From assembly GCA_951406725.2 (NCBI GenBank), contig OX597835.1:8432001-8496000 (forward strand): a stretch of DNA of 64,000 nt. Reading direction: 5' to 3'. The DNA comes from Octopus vulgaris (Eukaryota). Below are positions 1-12,181 of the stretch, piece by piece. The number at the start of each line of letters is the position of its first letter. The stretch's first letter is position 1. The notes below the pieces were generated by a model, which had not been told where the DNA came from, searched no databases, and saw nothing but the letters and a program-made list of their open reading frames with translations. The translations under genes were made by a program, and so were the position numbers.

Positions 1-476
1 ATAATAATAATAATAATATATTATATATATGCTTGTGTATGTACGGGTGGGCGCGTGTATGCACTTATGCATGAAGTGTGTCTTTCGCAGGTCATGCGTT
101 CACGAGGAGATGCATTTATACGCATGCATCAATGTATAGATGTGTATGTTTGCAATGTCTTTGTGGATAATTCGTGTGTGTCTGTGAGTGTGTTTTCTCG
201 CGTGTCTGTGTACTGATGTACCAGTTTGTATGTTTGTTAGAAACCAGTTGTTTTGTCGCCTGTGTTTATAACATGCCATAATTGCTAGAGACACGAATCA
301 GTGTTGTTGTTGTTCCTGCTGTTGTGGCTGTTTCTAACAGAAGGACAGAAATGTCCAGTTTAACCTAGGGACAATTTTGTTCCATCTGTGTAGGAAGTAT
401 TCTAAACAGCTTAGTAAAAGATGACATTGGCAATGACGAAGAAGATGATGATGATGACGACGAAGACCACGACGAC

Positions 477-507
<31 letters not shown>

Positions 508-814
508 GTGATGTCAATGATGGTGATAACGACGATGATGATGATGATGATGGTGGTGTTGGTGGTGATGTAGATATTGATGGCCACGATGACGACTTTG
601 TTGTTTGAGGTGGTGACACTTAAAAGTGATAGTAAATTCCTACAATCCTCGTACCAATGGAGGGATATTTGGCTGCGAATTCTAGCAGGTTGATCGACGT
701 TCTTCAGAACAGACCTTTAGATGCAAGACAGAGGTTTCTACTTTACTGATATCTCTCCGCTTTATCATTGTACACAATGTATTATGTAGTACAAAGCAGT
801 GTAAAAACATGTAC

Positions 815-868
<54 letters not shown>

Positions 869-885
869 GTATGTATATATATAAA

Positions 886-1093
886 GTTAATCCAAACATG
901 TAAACACAAAGAGAAAGCACAAAAACGCGAGGACGTGGAACAAGTATAGTATCATTGGACGCTCAGGAAAAGAAAGTAAGAAGGAAGATTTAACGTTCCG
1001 AGCGGTGCTCTTCGTCAGAAACATAGAAAAAGGAAAGATCCAAGGAAGGGAAGACAGAGGAAAACAAATCGCCAACAATACACACGCGGTCAT
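886..1093 (-). mobile_element. Short non-autonomous hammerhead-bearing element, family H1 (Penelope pseudo-LTR/retrozyme-like)
   Basis: About 205 bp cassette between (TA)n tracts; homologous copies at 31437-31635, 47020-47225 and 55440-55650. Confidence 0.75.
987..1022 (-). ncRNA. Minimal type I hammerhead ribozyme motif (H1), GAAA mutated to GGAA
   Basis: Minus strand reads GTTT-CTGACGA-AGAGC-ACC-GCTC-GGAA-CGTT-AAAT; helix II GAGC/GCTC; palindromic helix III ACGT. Confidence 0.7.
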
Positions 1094-1423
1094 ATATATA
1101 TATATATATGGAGATGGTGTTGTTTGTGTAAGATTAGTGACTGATTCGTAGATTAAGCTCTATTGCTGTTTCTATGGTTATAATAATATTTGTATTCTAA
1201 CCTTTGACGTAACTGCAGAGAACGAAATTATGATCCATTTCTGAAATATTTCCTGATTTTACAGTTTTGCACATTTTGTTCTTGGGTTTTAGCCATTAGA
1301 GTTTAATGATATGCTAATAATTGATCTCTTAATTATAATGGATATATTACACACTCATCCAGTATTATACGCACATACACACAAATACACACATACGTAT
1401 GTAAATATATATATATACATACG

Positions 1424-1487
<64 letters not shown>

Positions 1488-1656
1488 CGTATATGTATAT
1501 ATATATATATATATAAATATAAACATCTTATAATTAAGGGCTAAAGAAGGTTATTCTATAGCCAATACACTGATTTATCCACTTATAATCCACTTGTTAC
1601 AGGAAAATTGAACTGAAAGCGGGCAACTAACCTTTAGAAAATTTAAATTTCGTTAT

Positions 1657-1717
1657 CTCTATATTGAATCAATTTCGGAATTAATCCCTGTAAAGGATAT
1701 ATTCTTCTTCAGTAGAG
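1657..1717 (-). ncRNA. Type I hammerhead ribozyme motif with intact core
   Basis: Minus strand reads CTCTA-CTGAAGA-[helix II GAAT..ATCC/GGAT..ATTC]-GAAA-TTGATTCAA-TA-TAGAG; 5-bp helix I; near-palindromic helix III; AUA cleavage triplet; cassette about 1520-1745 next to (TA)n. Confidence 0.8.
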
Positions 1718-2466
1718 CTTACGAGGGAACATAAATAAAATAATCACATGTGATCATGGAAAAAGCAGAAGCTAAAAACACAACTACATTTAAGTACATC
1801 ATTTATATATACATACGTATGTATATATATATATGTATACATGTTATATGTGTATATATCTATGTTTATGTGCACACAAATGTACACACAATGTACACAC
1901 AAATGCACGTACATGTACACACATACATGTACACACATACATACATCACGCATGCGCGAACGCACACGCATTTTCACACAAAAGCACACAGACCGATGTG
2001 ATAGGGATGTTTCTGGGGTAATTGAAATTTTAATTGCTTACTTGCTGATCACGTGATTACATTAATTAGGGTTTGAAGCGAAAGCATTCATTTAAGCTTA
2101 ATTAATAATATATTGGCATATACATAATTAATTATATTGTATGTTGACTGAGTATAAATTATGAAGTGTGAGCTCACCTCTGTCACTTCTACCTGGAAGA
2201 CTTCCATATTCGTTTCGAAAAGCGAATGTTTACAATAGCTTTACATTGTGATAGGAATAAACGAATAAATACGATTGTTTTGCTGGTCGTGGTGAAGTGG
2301 CAGCGGCGATGGTGGTGGTGGTGGTGGTGATCATAAGGATGGCGAAAATGACAACTACGAAAAGGAGGAAGAATTGGAGAGAGCACGAATTGAAACAGGG
2401 AAAATGATAATAAAAGTAAAATAAAATAAACATAATAACCCTTTCTACTAAATGCACAAGGCTTAC

Positions 2467-2467
<1 letters not shown>

Positions 2468-2562
<95 letters not shown>
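2468..2562. repeat. (ATT)n microsatellite
   Basis: Pure trinucleotide run directly upstream of the Penelope-like relic. Confidence 0.95.
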
Positions 2563-2689
2563 CCAATAAGTTACCTCTGGTATACCGCAGCTTTTTTTCT
2601 GTAGAAGCTTATACAGCTTGTTTTGAAAAATTGTCTAAAATCAGTTAAGGAGGACACAGCCCCGCAGAAGAATTTAATATGGACGCCTA

Positions 2690-3420
2690 CAGTATCGATT
2701 ATTCTATGAAAATCATCTCTAGACCATCCAGGGAGCTATACTCTAAGAAACTTTTGGAGAAAATTACAGACCTTATTAAGCGTATGAGGTGGAAAGCCTT
2801 CTTTTGCTACATGGAAGAGGCTACTACAGAGAACATATTTTAAGGAATTAAATCAAAGAAATTCCCTCCTAAATTCAAGGACTTAGAAGGCTTCGAAATG
2901 GACCTTCGTAAGTCTTGTAACACTTTCCAACAGAAACTGAAAAATGACATCAAATACATAAAAGTGTTTTAAAAGAGTCAATAAGGCGAGATTTACACAA
3001 TTTGATACTCTAGATTTCTATGCTTCTATCTCTAAGGAACCACTCGATAAAGCACTCACCTTCGCAAGCGAATTTATAGAAATTAGTACATAAGGAAATA
3101 ATCTTCCATGCTAGAAAGACTTTCTCTTCGGTGAGAAGGTAGAGTGGGTTAACACAACCGATACAGAGGGTGATTTCGATGTGAGCATGGGATCATATGA
3201 TGGAGCAAGCATATGCGATCTCATTGGACTATTCCTACTCGATACGTTGGGAAAGACTTTCCCTGGTGTATATTTCGCCATTTACAATGATGATGCTCTG
3301 GCTATAACCACAAACACCAATGGATCAGCGCAATATCAGTTTGGGAAGGACATTATCCAAATGATGAAAACTTTCGATTTTAGCATAACCATAGAAACCA
3401 ATCTTCCAGTAACATCTTCC
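2690..3420 (+). pseudogene. Degenerate Penelope-like element reverse transcriptase
   Basis: Broken frames give IDYSMKII..KKLLEKITDLIKRMRWKAFF, FQQKLKNDIKYIK, FDTLDFYASISKEPLDKAL, FDVSMGSYDGASICDLIGLFLL and AIYNDDALA (YRDD-type motif); stops, frameshifts and deletions; hammerhead follows at 3595. Confidence 0.85.
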
Positions 3421-3594
3421 ACCTGCTGCTTTCCTTTTGTAGTTAAAAAAACATTCATCTAATTGAAGAAATGTACACACATGTGCAACCTTTAATGGAC
3501 ACCGAAATGTAAGCCTAATGACTTAACAAACTTTTTTTCCTTTTTTCCTTTTCCTTTTTTTCTCTTGTCAATATTCCTCTGATAAACTCTAAAT

Positions 3595-3674
3595 CATTCT
3601 GACGATGTTTGTTACATGGAACGAGATAAATGCAAATTTACCTCAAAAGTAACAAACTGAAACAGCTGTAAATG
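3595..3674 (+). ncRNA. Type I hammerhead ribozyme in the 3' pseudo-LTR region of the Penelope-like relic
   Basis: CATT-CTGACGA-T-GTTTGTTAC...GTAACAAAC-T-GAAA-CAGCTG-TA-AATG; 9-bp helix II extended by GAGATAAAT-GCAA-ATTTACCTC; palindromic helix III; GUA triplet. Confidence 0.85.
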
Positions 3675-3890
3675 TTATTTTAACTACAATTAAACTACGA
3701 CCATTTACTACCAATGATCAAATTCTAATTGCTAATTGTTGCTCCATTTCGTTTCTTATCTGAACATTAAACCACGACTGACAATTTAAATTATCAACTA
3801 CAATTAACCTTATAGCGAAGCCTATACATAGTGAGGTAATACACTAGTAGTGCTCATTGATACATTTATCCCTTCGACGGTTGCATAACG

Positions 3891-3964
<74 letters not shown>

Positions 3965-3966
<2 letters not shown>

Positions 3967-4881
3967 GCAAAGTTAGCAAAAAAATAATTTCGTTCTTCGC
4001 AAATAGAGGGAGTTAGGATATTTTTGTATGACTTCTATGATTGTCATGACTTTTTCCTGTTGACATTTGATAGCCGTTACTTTTACCTTAGTTTTGAAGT
4101 ATATTGCGCGTAAATGTCCTTACAGCTGATAGTTCAATGTCAATTTTAACGTGGAGTGAAAAAACAAACCTTTTCGTCTTATTTTGCTTTTCTTTTTGTT
4201 TCCGTAAAGGCAAGAAAGTTGCTGCGGCTCACAAAGAGATTATATGAAGTTTAAGGTTGGTGATTGCTTAACAGAACGCACAGGTCAGAAACTGTTTTAA
4301 AAATTCCGTTCCAGAGATCTTTTCAATGAAAGATGACCAACCTTGTGCTCGATCTACTGAAGTTGATGATGACCGAATCAAAGTTATAATTGAATCTGAT
4401 AGTCATATAACTGTGCAAAATATAGCAGAGAGGTTAAATGTGTCACACATAAGAACTGAAAATCACTTAAAATGTCTTAGATTCGTTAAGAAAGATGATA
4501 TTTGGGTTCCACATAAATTGAAAGAGATTCACTTAGGGCAACGAATCAATATTTGCGCTATGCATCTCAAACACAATGAAATCGATCTTTCTCTTTTTTT
4601 TTTTTTTTTTGAACGAATCATCACTGATGATAAAAGATACATTGTCTACAATATCATCAATCAAAAACGATCAGGATCAAAGCGCAATGAATCAGCACAA
4701 ACTACATCGAAAGCTGAATTGCACCAAAAACGGTCATACTGTGAATTTGGTGGGATTACAAAGGTGTTGTGTATTTTGAGCAGCTTCTAAGGACCCAAAC
4801 GATCAATTGAGATGTTTACTGTCAACAACTAATGAAACTGGAGAAAACAATCATGCTCCACCATGACAACGCTAGACAAAC

Positions 4882-4885
<4 letters not shown>
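3965..4885 (+). mobile_element. Mariner (Tc1/mariner) transposase relic
   Basis: ORF 4326-4790 with HITVQNIAERLNVS helix-turn-helix, WVPHKL (WVPHEL motif) and IITDDKRYIVY (ITGDEKW-like); HHDNAR near 4858; frameshifted. Confidence 0.9.
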
Positions 4886-4924
<39 letters not shown>

Positions 4925-4961
4925 TTATATATATATAAATATGCATGTATATATATATATT

Positions 4962-5004
<43 letters not shown>

Positions 5005-5027
5005 ATATATATATACACATATATATA

Positions 5028-5106
<79 letters not shown>

Positions 5107-5125
5107 ATGTATATTCATATATGCA
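4885..5125. repeat. (CA)n/(TA)n/(TG)n compound microsatellite
   Basis: Direct inspection. Confidence 0.95.
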
Positions 5126-5446
5126 TAAATACAAGTATGCGAGTGTCAAGGAGTATGTACGAATGCATGTGCGTGTTAATGTGGCTATCCACATGGGAAT
5201 ATAAATTACTTTTTTTTAATATATTAAATAGATATTTCAGTATTTCTACAGCAAGACATTGATCGTCTGGTATATGAAACTGAACTGATGTCTCAAAAGG
5301 AAACATTAGGAAACTGTGCATAACGCTATATGCAAAATTGCAAGTACTGTCTGTATGTTTGTTGGAATTATTAAACATTTCAATTTACTTCGAGTTGATG
5401 TACTTATATATATATACATGCATACATATATACATACATATACATA

Positions 5447-5481
<35 letters not shown>

Positions 5482-5482
5482 A

Positions 5483-5513
<31 letters not shown>

Positions 5514-5544
5514 ATATATATATATATATACATATATATATGTA

Positions 5545-5624
<80 letters not shown>

Positions 5625-5937
5625 AGTACACATATTTACATAAATACATACATATATATACATACGATTGCATATACACGCATTCAGTTGCAGATATATA
5701 TATATATATATGTGTGTGTGTTTGTGTGTGTGTGTATTTGCCTATGATATAAGCATGTATATGTTTTAATGTACGTAAACGTCATTATTGTTTAAATATA
5801 ACAAAATTATATGCGCTAAATTATCTTTACTATAATATTTCTGTACTAATAAACACACGGACGCACACATGGAAACGCACATATATTTTTGTGCGTGAGT
5901 GTTAACTATACGTGTACACATATATGTGTGCGTGTGT

Positions 5938-5987
<50 letters not shown>

Positions 5988-6090
5988 CTCATTCGTCCTT
6001 AAACAATTCTGTGCAATCATATGCAGAAATAAATCTATTCACGTACACAGATATTTTTACTTATATAATTATATATTTGTATGCATATAT

Positions 6091-6153
<63 letters not shown>

Positions 6154-6185
6154 TATATATGTCTATATCCATTAATTTATACATA

Positions 6186-6232
<47 letters not shown>

Positions 6233-6488
6233 TATATACATATATATATACATATGCGTGCACATATATACATATGCATTTCTATGTGTATGTTAGAGTT
6301 ATGTACATGTATAAATATAATGGACATATATGCATCTTTATGAATTCGATATATACGCATATATAAATACATATATATATATACACACACACATATATGT
6401 ATATGCGTGTGTATATATATATATATATACATATACGTATATATGTATGTGTAGAAAGAGAGATGTATAATAAAAGGAAGTGGTAGTT

Positions 6489-6538
<50 letters not shown>

Positions 6539-7545
6539 TGAGGGAGAGAGATGTGGAGAAAGAGAGAGGGTGAGAGAGAATATGACTTAAAATTTCCGCC
6601 ATGTGAAGCAGAAGAACCCCGCCCATAAAAGCATTTTCTAAGATGTAAAATCTATTTTTGCATAATTATGTTAAATGATGTTACAACGTTAAATGGCGGA
6701 GGTGGACTCTGCAGGTGACTGTCAATAAAACCGCTGCTGTTTCTTCTCACTTTGCAAACAACAGCCTCCTTTTCTGCTGCAGGTAAGCGAAGGTGGAGCT
6801 GTCTAATTTATGCTCGTATACATTATCCTTGTACTTCCACTGCAATGATAGCAGTGAAGCAGCAATTGGCCCTTTGGCAATGTATAAAGAAATAACTCAT
6901 TGACCACACATACCCACAGGCACACCACAGATACACACATACACACACGCATACACACACACACAGCACACACATGCACATACCATTCACACACACACAC
7001 ACACGCATATACACATCGATATTCACGCACTTTCTCTACGGGTTACTTTTATTGAAGTCGCACAAAAGGCTCTGGCTCCCTGGAAGCTTTACTAAGAAAC
7101 ATTTGGCTAGGTTTTAACCCATTTACAAGTTATGTTCTTCGTTTATTGGAAATTATCTTCACTTAAAGGGATTATAAACAAACGCCTAGTGGTAGGATTT
7201 TATACAACTTTTTTCGACGTTTGTCACTAAACTAAAATGACTATATGTGGTCTCTGACTTATTTATGTTCTATAATTTTTGATTTAATTATGCAAATTAC
7301 ACTTCGACGTAAATGTTCTATACTCTGTATTTATATCAAGCTGAATTCAATGTAGGATACATTTTGTGAGGTTGGCGCTAATTGAGGCAGAAACACATAT
7401 TCTCAGTTGCATTTTAAGTCCCTAATATAACCACATAGCGTCTTAATAGCTTAACAGTTTCGTAGAACTATCCTCAACATTGTTTCCTCAACATTTTCTG
7501 CAATTTTCTTTAGGGTCGGGCGGAATTATCACAAGGATTTTCTTT

Positions 7546-8030
7546 CATCATCATCATTGTTCAACCGTGGTCGAGACAATGGAATTTACCATGCTACGCC
7601 AGACTTCACGGTCCATCATGGCATTACGGAGGTCCTGTTGCTGGATGCCTGTATCCCTGGAGATTACATCAGGGTATGAGAGTGTGCGCCCTCTGGTATT
7701 GCGAGTAGATGGCTTCCAGAGGAGAAGAGTAGAAATTACTTCATTAACAGCTGTACAACAATGTCCAGCAAAGTGAACTCTCCTACCTTTCACAAGGGAT
7801 GACACAGGTGGTAGTTTCCCATATATTTGCATTTTGGTTTGATAGCGCTTCCACGAGAGGTTTTGAGCTCTCATAAGGAGGCGAGTGTAGGTTCCCTCCA
7901 ACCGCCTCTCAAGCTTCTTTGATAACGTCCAGGTTTCTGAGCCATATAGTAGAATTGGTTCGACTGTGGCCTTGAAGATTTCAAGTTTGAAGTCTCTACT
8001 TAGATTTGATGACCAGATCTTATGCATGTC
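7546..8030 (-). mobile_element. 5'-truncated RTE-clade LINE 3' end
   Basis: Uninterrupted 157-aa ORF with ILLYGSETWTL and HFAGHC..RGR..DREVWR typical of RTE C-termini; (TGA)n tail; TSD GATTTTCTTT at 7536-7545 and 8062-8071. Confidence 0.92.
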
Positions 8031-9435
8031 ATTACTCGAAGTGGAAATAATTTCTTTACTCGATTTTCTTTACTCGAAGTGGAAATAATTTCAACAAAAC
8101 AAAAATTTGAATTTTAATGCATAGAAGAATTATTTTCGATTTTGCTGTCGAAAATCACTTTTAGAATCAAACTCGGGGTCTTCTAAAGAGCAAGGCTATT
8201 CGGCTATTCGTAATGAATCGCGAAGACGTATACCAGAATGACAACAGACATTGAAGATCAACAACTTTTGAAATTCCAGAACAGAGATTTTCACCAGATG
8301 AGTCCATCAAGAAAAGTCTGTGTTATCAAGTTAGAAGATAATGTGTTCGCCAGGCCAGCATTGTATTTGTTCACCACGCTTCGTCAGTGATCATGCACAA
8401 CGCACATATTTATAAGTTAATGACCTGATGAAATACATGAAATTTGGCTCAAAGTAACGTACAACCATCATTAGATGCTAAGTTACATTTGAACAACTCA
8501 ATAAACGTAAAAAAAAAAAAATCGAGAGAATTCACTTACAAGGCAATGTCTTACAAAGTATTGTTTTTTCAATTTACGAAAATTTTTCAGATGTTAAGGA
8601 TTTCAGTTGAAGTGATGCGATCCATTTCGACATCAAAACTGAAGATTTATGTGTGTGTGTGTTTGTGTATGTGTGTGTGTGTGCATGCTTGTGTGTATGT
8701 GTGTGTATGTGCTTGTGTGCGTGTATGTGTGTTTCTGTTTGTGTGTATGTGTATGCATGCCTGTGTGTATGTGTGTTTGTGTTTGTGCGTGTGTTACAAA
8801 TTGATGTACAAGGTTAAAGCTCTGGATAATGACTCTGTTAAACCACGACTATTTCCTGATCCGGTTGATCAACTATTTTTACAGATTAGTACAAATCCAT
8901 AATATGTGGAGCATTTCAGGTAAAAATTAATCACCAGAATTAAATTGTTGGTATTTCATTTATTTCCTTGTGATTGGTTCGGAAATCAAAGATGAAAATC
9001 AATAAAATATTAATATCTATAACAAATTTGATCGTTCACAGATCCCGCCATTAGAAAGCGAATCAAAATAAAAATTAGAAGCAAAGAACTCCGAGTAAAA
9101 CAGTCTTAAATACTCACGAAATATATGTCAAGCAATGGTTAGCGAGAAAGAAGGGAGAGGGAGAGAAACAGAGAGAGAGAGAGAGAGAGATGGAGAGAGA
9201 TATAGGGAGAGAGGTAGAGAGAGATGTGAGGGAGAGAGCAGGGATACATGGAGATATGAATACATGTCAAACATAGGTTACCGTGGTGCTGTCACCACAA
9301 TATATAGGAAAGGTAATCATTAGAATAACATGACAAGAGGTGGTAATACAGAGAAAAGGGATTCGGAATAGCACACACACATACACACACACAGGCACAT
9401 ATATATATATATATATATGTACGTATATATATATA

Positions 9436-9712
9436 TAAATTACAAAATGGGACAAGAACTCAAAACATCCAGACAGCTAGGTGATACAAAAAAGGGTCAA
9501 CAAAACATCCAGTAGACGATACAAAGAAAACAAGGACGAATCATTCGGAGTTCTTTTTCCTCAGTTGAGTTCCAGATTATCGTTGCAATTTCGGCTGGTT
9601 ATACTCGAGATTGCTCCAATCTGGCAAACCCCACTCTTTCTGTGGCATTTTCAGGCATTCCTAATTCAAGATTCATTTATAATATATTTGGGGACATATA
9701 TAATTATAATTA
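9436..9712. mobile_element. Putative short non-autonomous cassette beside a (TA)n tract
   Basis: Complex sequence with internal CAAAACATCCAG duplication, bounded by TA runs like the hammerhead cassettes; only one copy in the window. Confidence 0.4.
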
Positions 9713-10029
9713 TAATTGTAAGTACAGGTAACTAAAAGTTTCCCTGACACATTCTGCAGTGGTTATTCTTCAGATAATTCAAACAAAATTTTACCGTTTG
9801 ATTTCGTTGAAGTTTCTGCTTAATTTTGACACCTCAGTGCTGTGCTTATTGCTTGGTGATGTTCAGCGTATAACACGTGGTTAGGTTGGTAGTTATTTTC
9901 TTTCTCTCTTCTTTCCTATCCATATCTAATTTCTTTCCTGCGTATGCATGTGACTATGAGCTAATTAGAATAGCTGCACACACACACACAAACACACAAG
10001 CACAAACGCGTATACGGTCTAAATGTAAG

Positions 10030-10048
10030 TGTATATACACATAGAAAG

Positions 10049-10085
<37 letters not shown>

Positions 10086-10110
10086 GTATATGTATATATA
10101 TATGCGTATG

Positions 10111-10156
<46 letters not shown>

Positions 10157-10198
10157 TACATGTATATATATATATATATATACATACATATATATATA

Positions 10199-10267
<69 letters not shown>

Positions 10268-10401
10268 CGGGAAGCTTTATGAAAATAAACAAAAGACGAA
10301 GGCAGGTGGAGTACAAACAAACAATTGTAATACATATATATACATATATATATATGTATATATATAATGTATGTATGTACGTATGTATGTATGTATGTAT
10401 G

Positions 10402-10435
<34 letters not shown>

Positions 10436-10519
10436 TGTATGTATGTGTGTATGTATGTATGTGTGTATGTATGTATGTATGTATGTATGTATGTATGTAT
10501 GTGTGGGTGTATGTATGCA

Positions 10520-10551
<32 letters not shown>

Positions 10552-10555
10552 AGTA
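10030..10555. repeat. (TA)n/(TATG)n compound microsatellite with a short unique insert at 10266-10332
   Basis: Direct inspection. Confidence 0.9.
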
Positions 10556-11197
10556 CACAAGTAAGCATACGCATGTGTCTGCGGTGTGTGTAGCAGGTGT
10601 ATATAATTGCAAGCGCTTCGTTGCAATTATAAGACATCATGTAGTGCAGAAATTCATTTTTTCCAGAATGATTCACATTGAAACACTTGACAGAAGTAGT
10701 TCTGGATGAGCAAAACGCTGATCGGCACAGCGGGGGAGCGGAGCGGTGGCTACATTTTACTGACGCCAACGAGAAAACATTAAAGTAGGATTCAGTTTTA
10801 AATTATCATTTGTGTTATGTAAATAAGAGAAAGAAGAAAAAGCAACAACAACAGATACACAGGGCTCGCTTTGCTATTGGCGTCGTCGAGGGAAAACCTG
10901 TTCCGTTTCGATGTAACGATCGAATATATAAAAGTGCCCCCCCTGGAAATGATGGAGTTATATTGAAATTAGGGGGATAATGAAAGAAGCAAACAAATGA
11001 AAGGGATCGCCAAAAGCATCCTTAAAATTGCGTCACCCCCATCACCAGCATTACTACCACACCGCAATCACCATTGCCAACACCACGACCACCATCATTA
11101 TTTCTACCAGAACCAGAACCACGCCGATGTCGATGAACACCGCTGTGACGTAAACCATCGTAAGCACAGCCATCGCAGCCGTTATATCATAAGCATC

Positions 11198-11581
11198 GTG
11201 GAGGCGCAATGGCCCAGTGGGTAGGGCAGCGGACTCGCGGTCATAGGATCGCGGTTTCGATTCCCAGACCGGGCGTTGTGAGTGTTTATTGAGCGAAAAC
11301 ACCTAAAAGTTCCACGAGGCTCCGGCAGGGATGGTGGTGATCCCTGCTGTACTCTTTCACCACAACTTTCTCTCACTCTTACTTCCTGTTTCTGTTGTAC
11401 CTGTATTTTAAAGGTCCGGCCTTGTCACTCTCTGTGTCACGCTGAATATCCCCGAGAACTACGTTAAGGGTACACGTATCTGTGGAGTGCTCAGCCACTT
11501 ACACGTTAATTTCACGAGCAGGCTGTTCCGTTGATTCGGATCAACCGGAACCCTCGTCGTCGTAACCGACGGAGTGCTTCC
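11198..11581 (+). mobile_element. tRNA-derived SINE family A, full length
   Basis: A box TGGCCCAGTGG, B box GTTTCGATTCC; TSD ATCATAAGCATCGT at 11186-11199 and 11582-11595; many near-identical copies in the window. Confidence 0.95.
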
Positions 11582-11820
11582 ATCATAAGCATCGTCACCA
11601 AGATGTACCGCTTCTACAACTGATACTACCAAGACAATCATTAGAGTCATCACTTCCACCACCATCCACCACCACCACCACTAGGTAGTTACAGGAGATG
11701 TCTTCTTGAGTTTAAAAATCGCAGTAGACTCCGTTCGTACGGACCGCCATGTTAAAGTGGCTACGAATATTACTTGTTAGCATAACTACTGAGTTAATCA
11801 CTTAGAGAGATTTTAAAACT

Positions 11821-11903
<83 letters not shown>

Positions 11904-11923
11904 TATATATACATTCGGTAGTT

Positions 11924-12007
11924 TGGTACGATCGCTTCATACTACTTCGTTTTATTAAACATTGTAAGTATTAGATCAGTTTTAAAATGTTGAGCAATCT
12001 TCAGCCA
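11924..12007 (-). ncRNA. Hammerhead motif in left arm (GAAA mutated to GAAG)
   Basis: Minus strand reads TGG-CTGAAGA-TTGCT...AGTAT-GAAG-CGATCG-TA-CCA; palindromic helix III CGATCG. Confidence 0.65.
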
Positions 12008-12097
12008 TTTATAGAAGTCTTCCATCAAACGGACAATACGTACACGAAATGGAAATAAGTATATGTATTGCGCGGTTTGATGGAAGACTTCTATAAA

Positions 12098-12181
12098 TGG
12101 CTGAAGATTGCTCAACATTTTAAAACTGATCTAATACTTACAATGTTTAATAAAATGAAGTAGCATGAAATGGTCGTACCA
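12098..12181 (+). ncRNA. Hammerhead motif in right arm
   Basis: TGG-CTGAAGA-TTGCT...AGCAT-GAAA-TGGTCG-TA-CCA; helix III is a decayed CGATCG. Confidence 0.65.

Noticed and set aside
5285-5355. Possible decayed hammerhead (CTGATGT..GAAA; TGCATA..TATGCA; TTGCAAGTA)
   Set aside because: Core and helices cannot be assembled consistently
8420-8450. CTGATGA..GAAA
   Set aside because: No flanking helices; chance match
9530-9630. Minus-strand CTGAGGA..GAA..GTC and GCCGAAATTGCAA hammerhead-like pieces
   Set aside because: No helix II after CTGAGGA and no matching helix I; not counted as a ribozyme
11198-11280. tRNA gene (also at other SINE heads)
   Set aside because: A and B boxes are present but each continues into a SINE body with TSDs and lacks a proper acceptor stem and terminator
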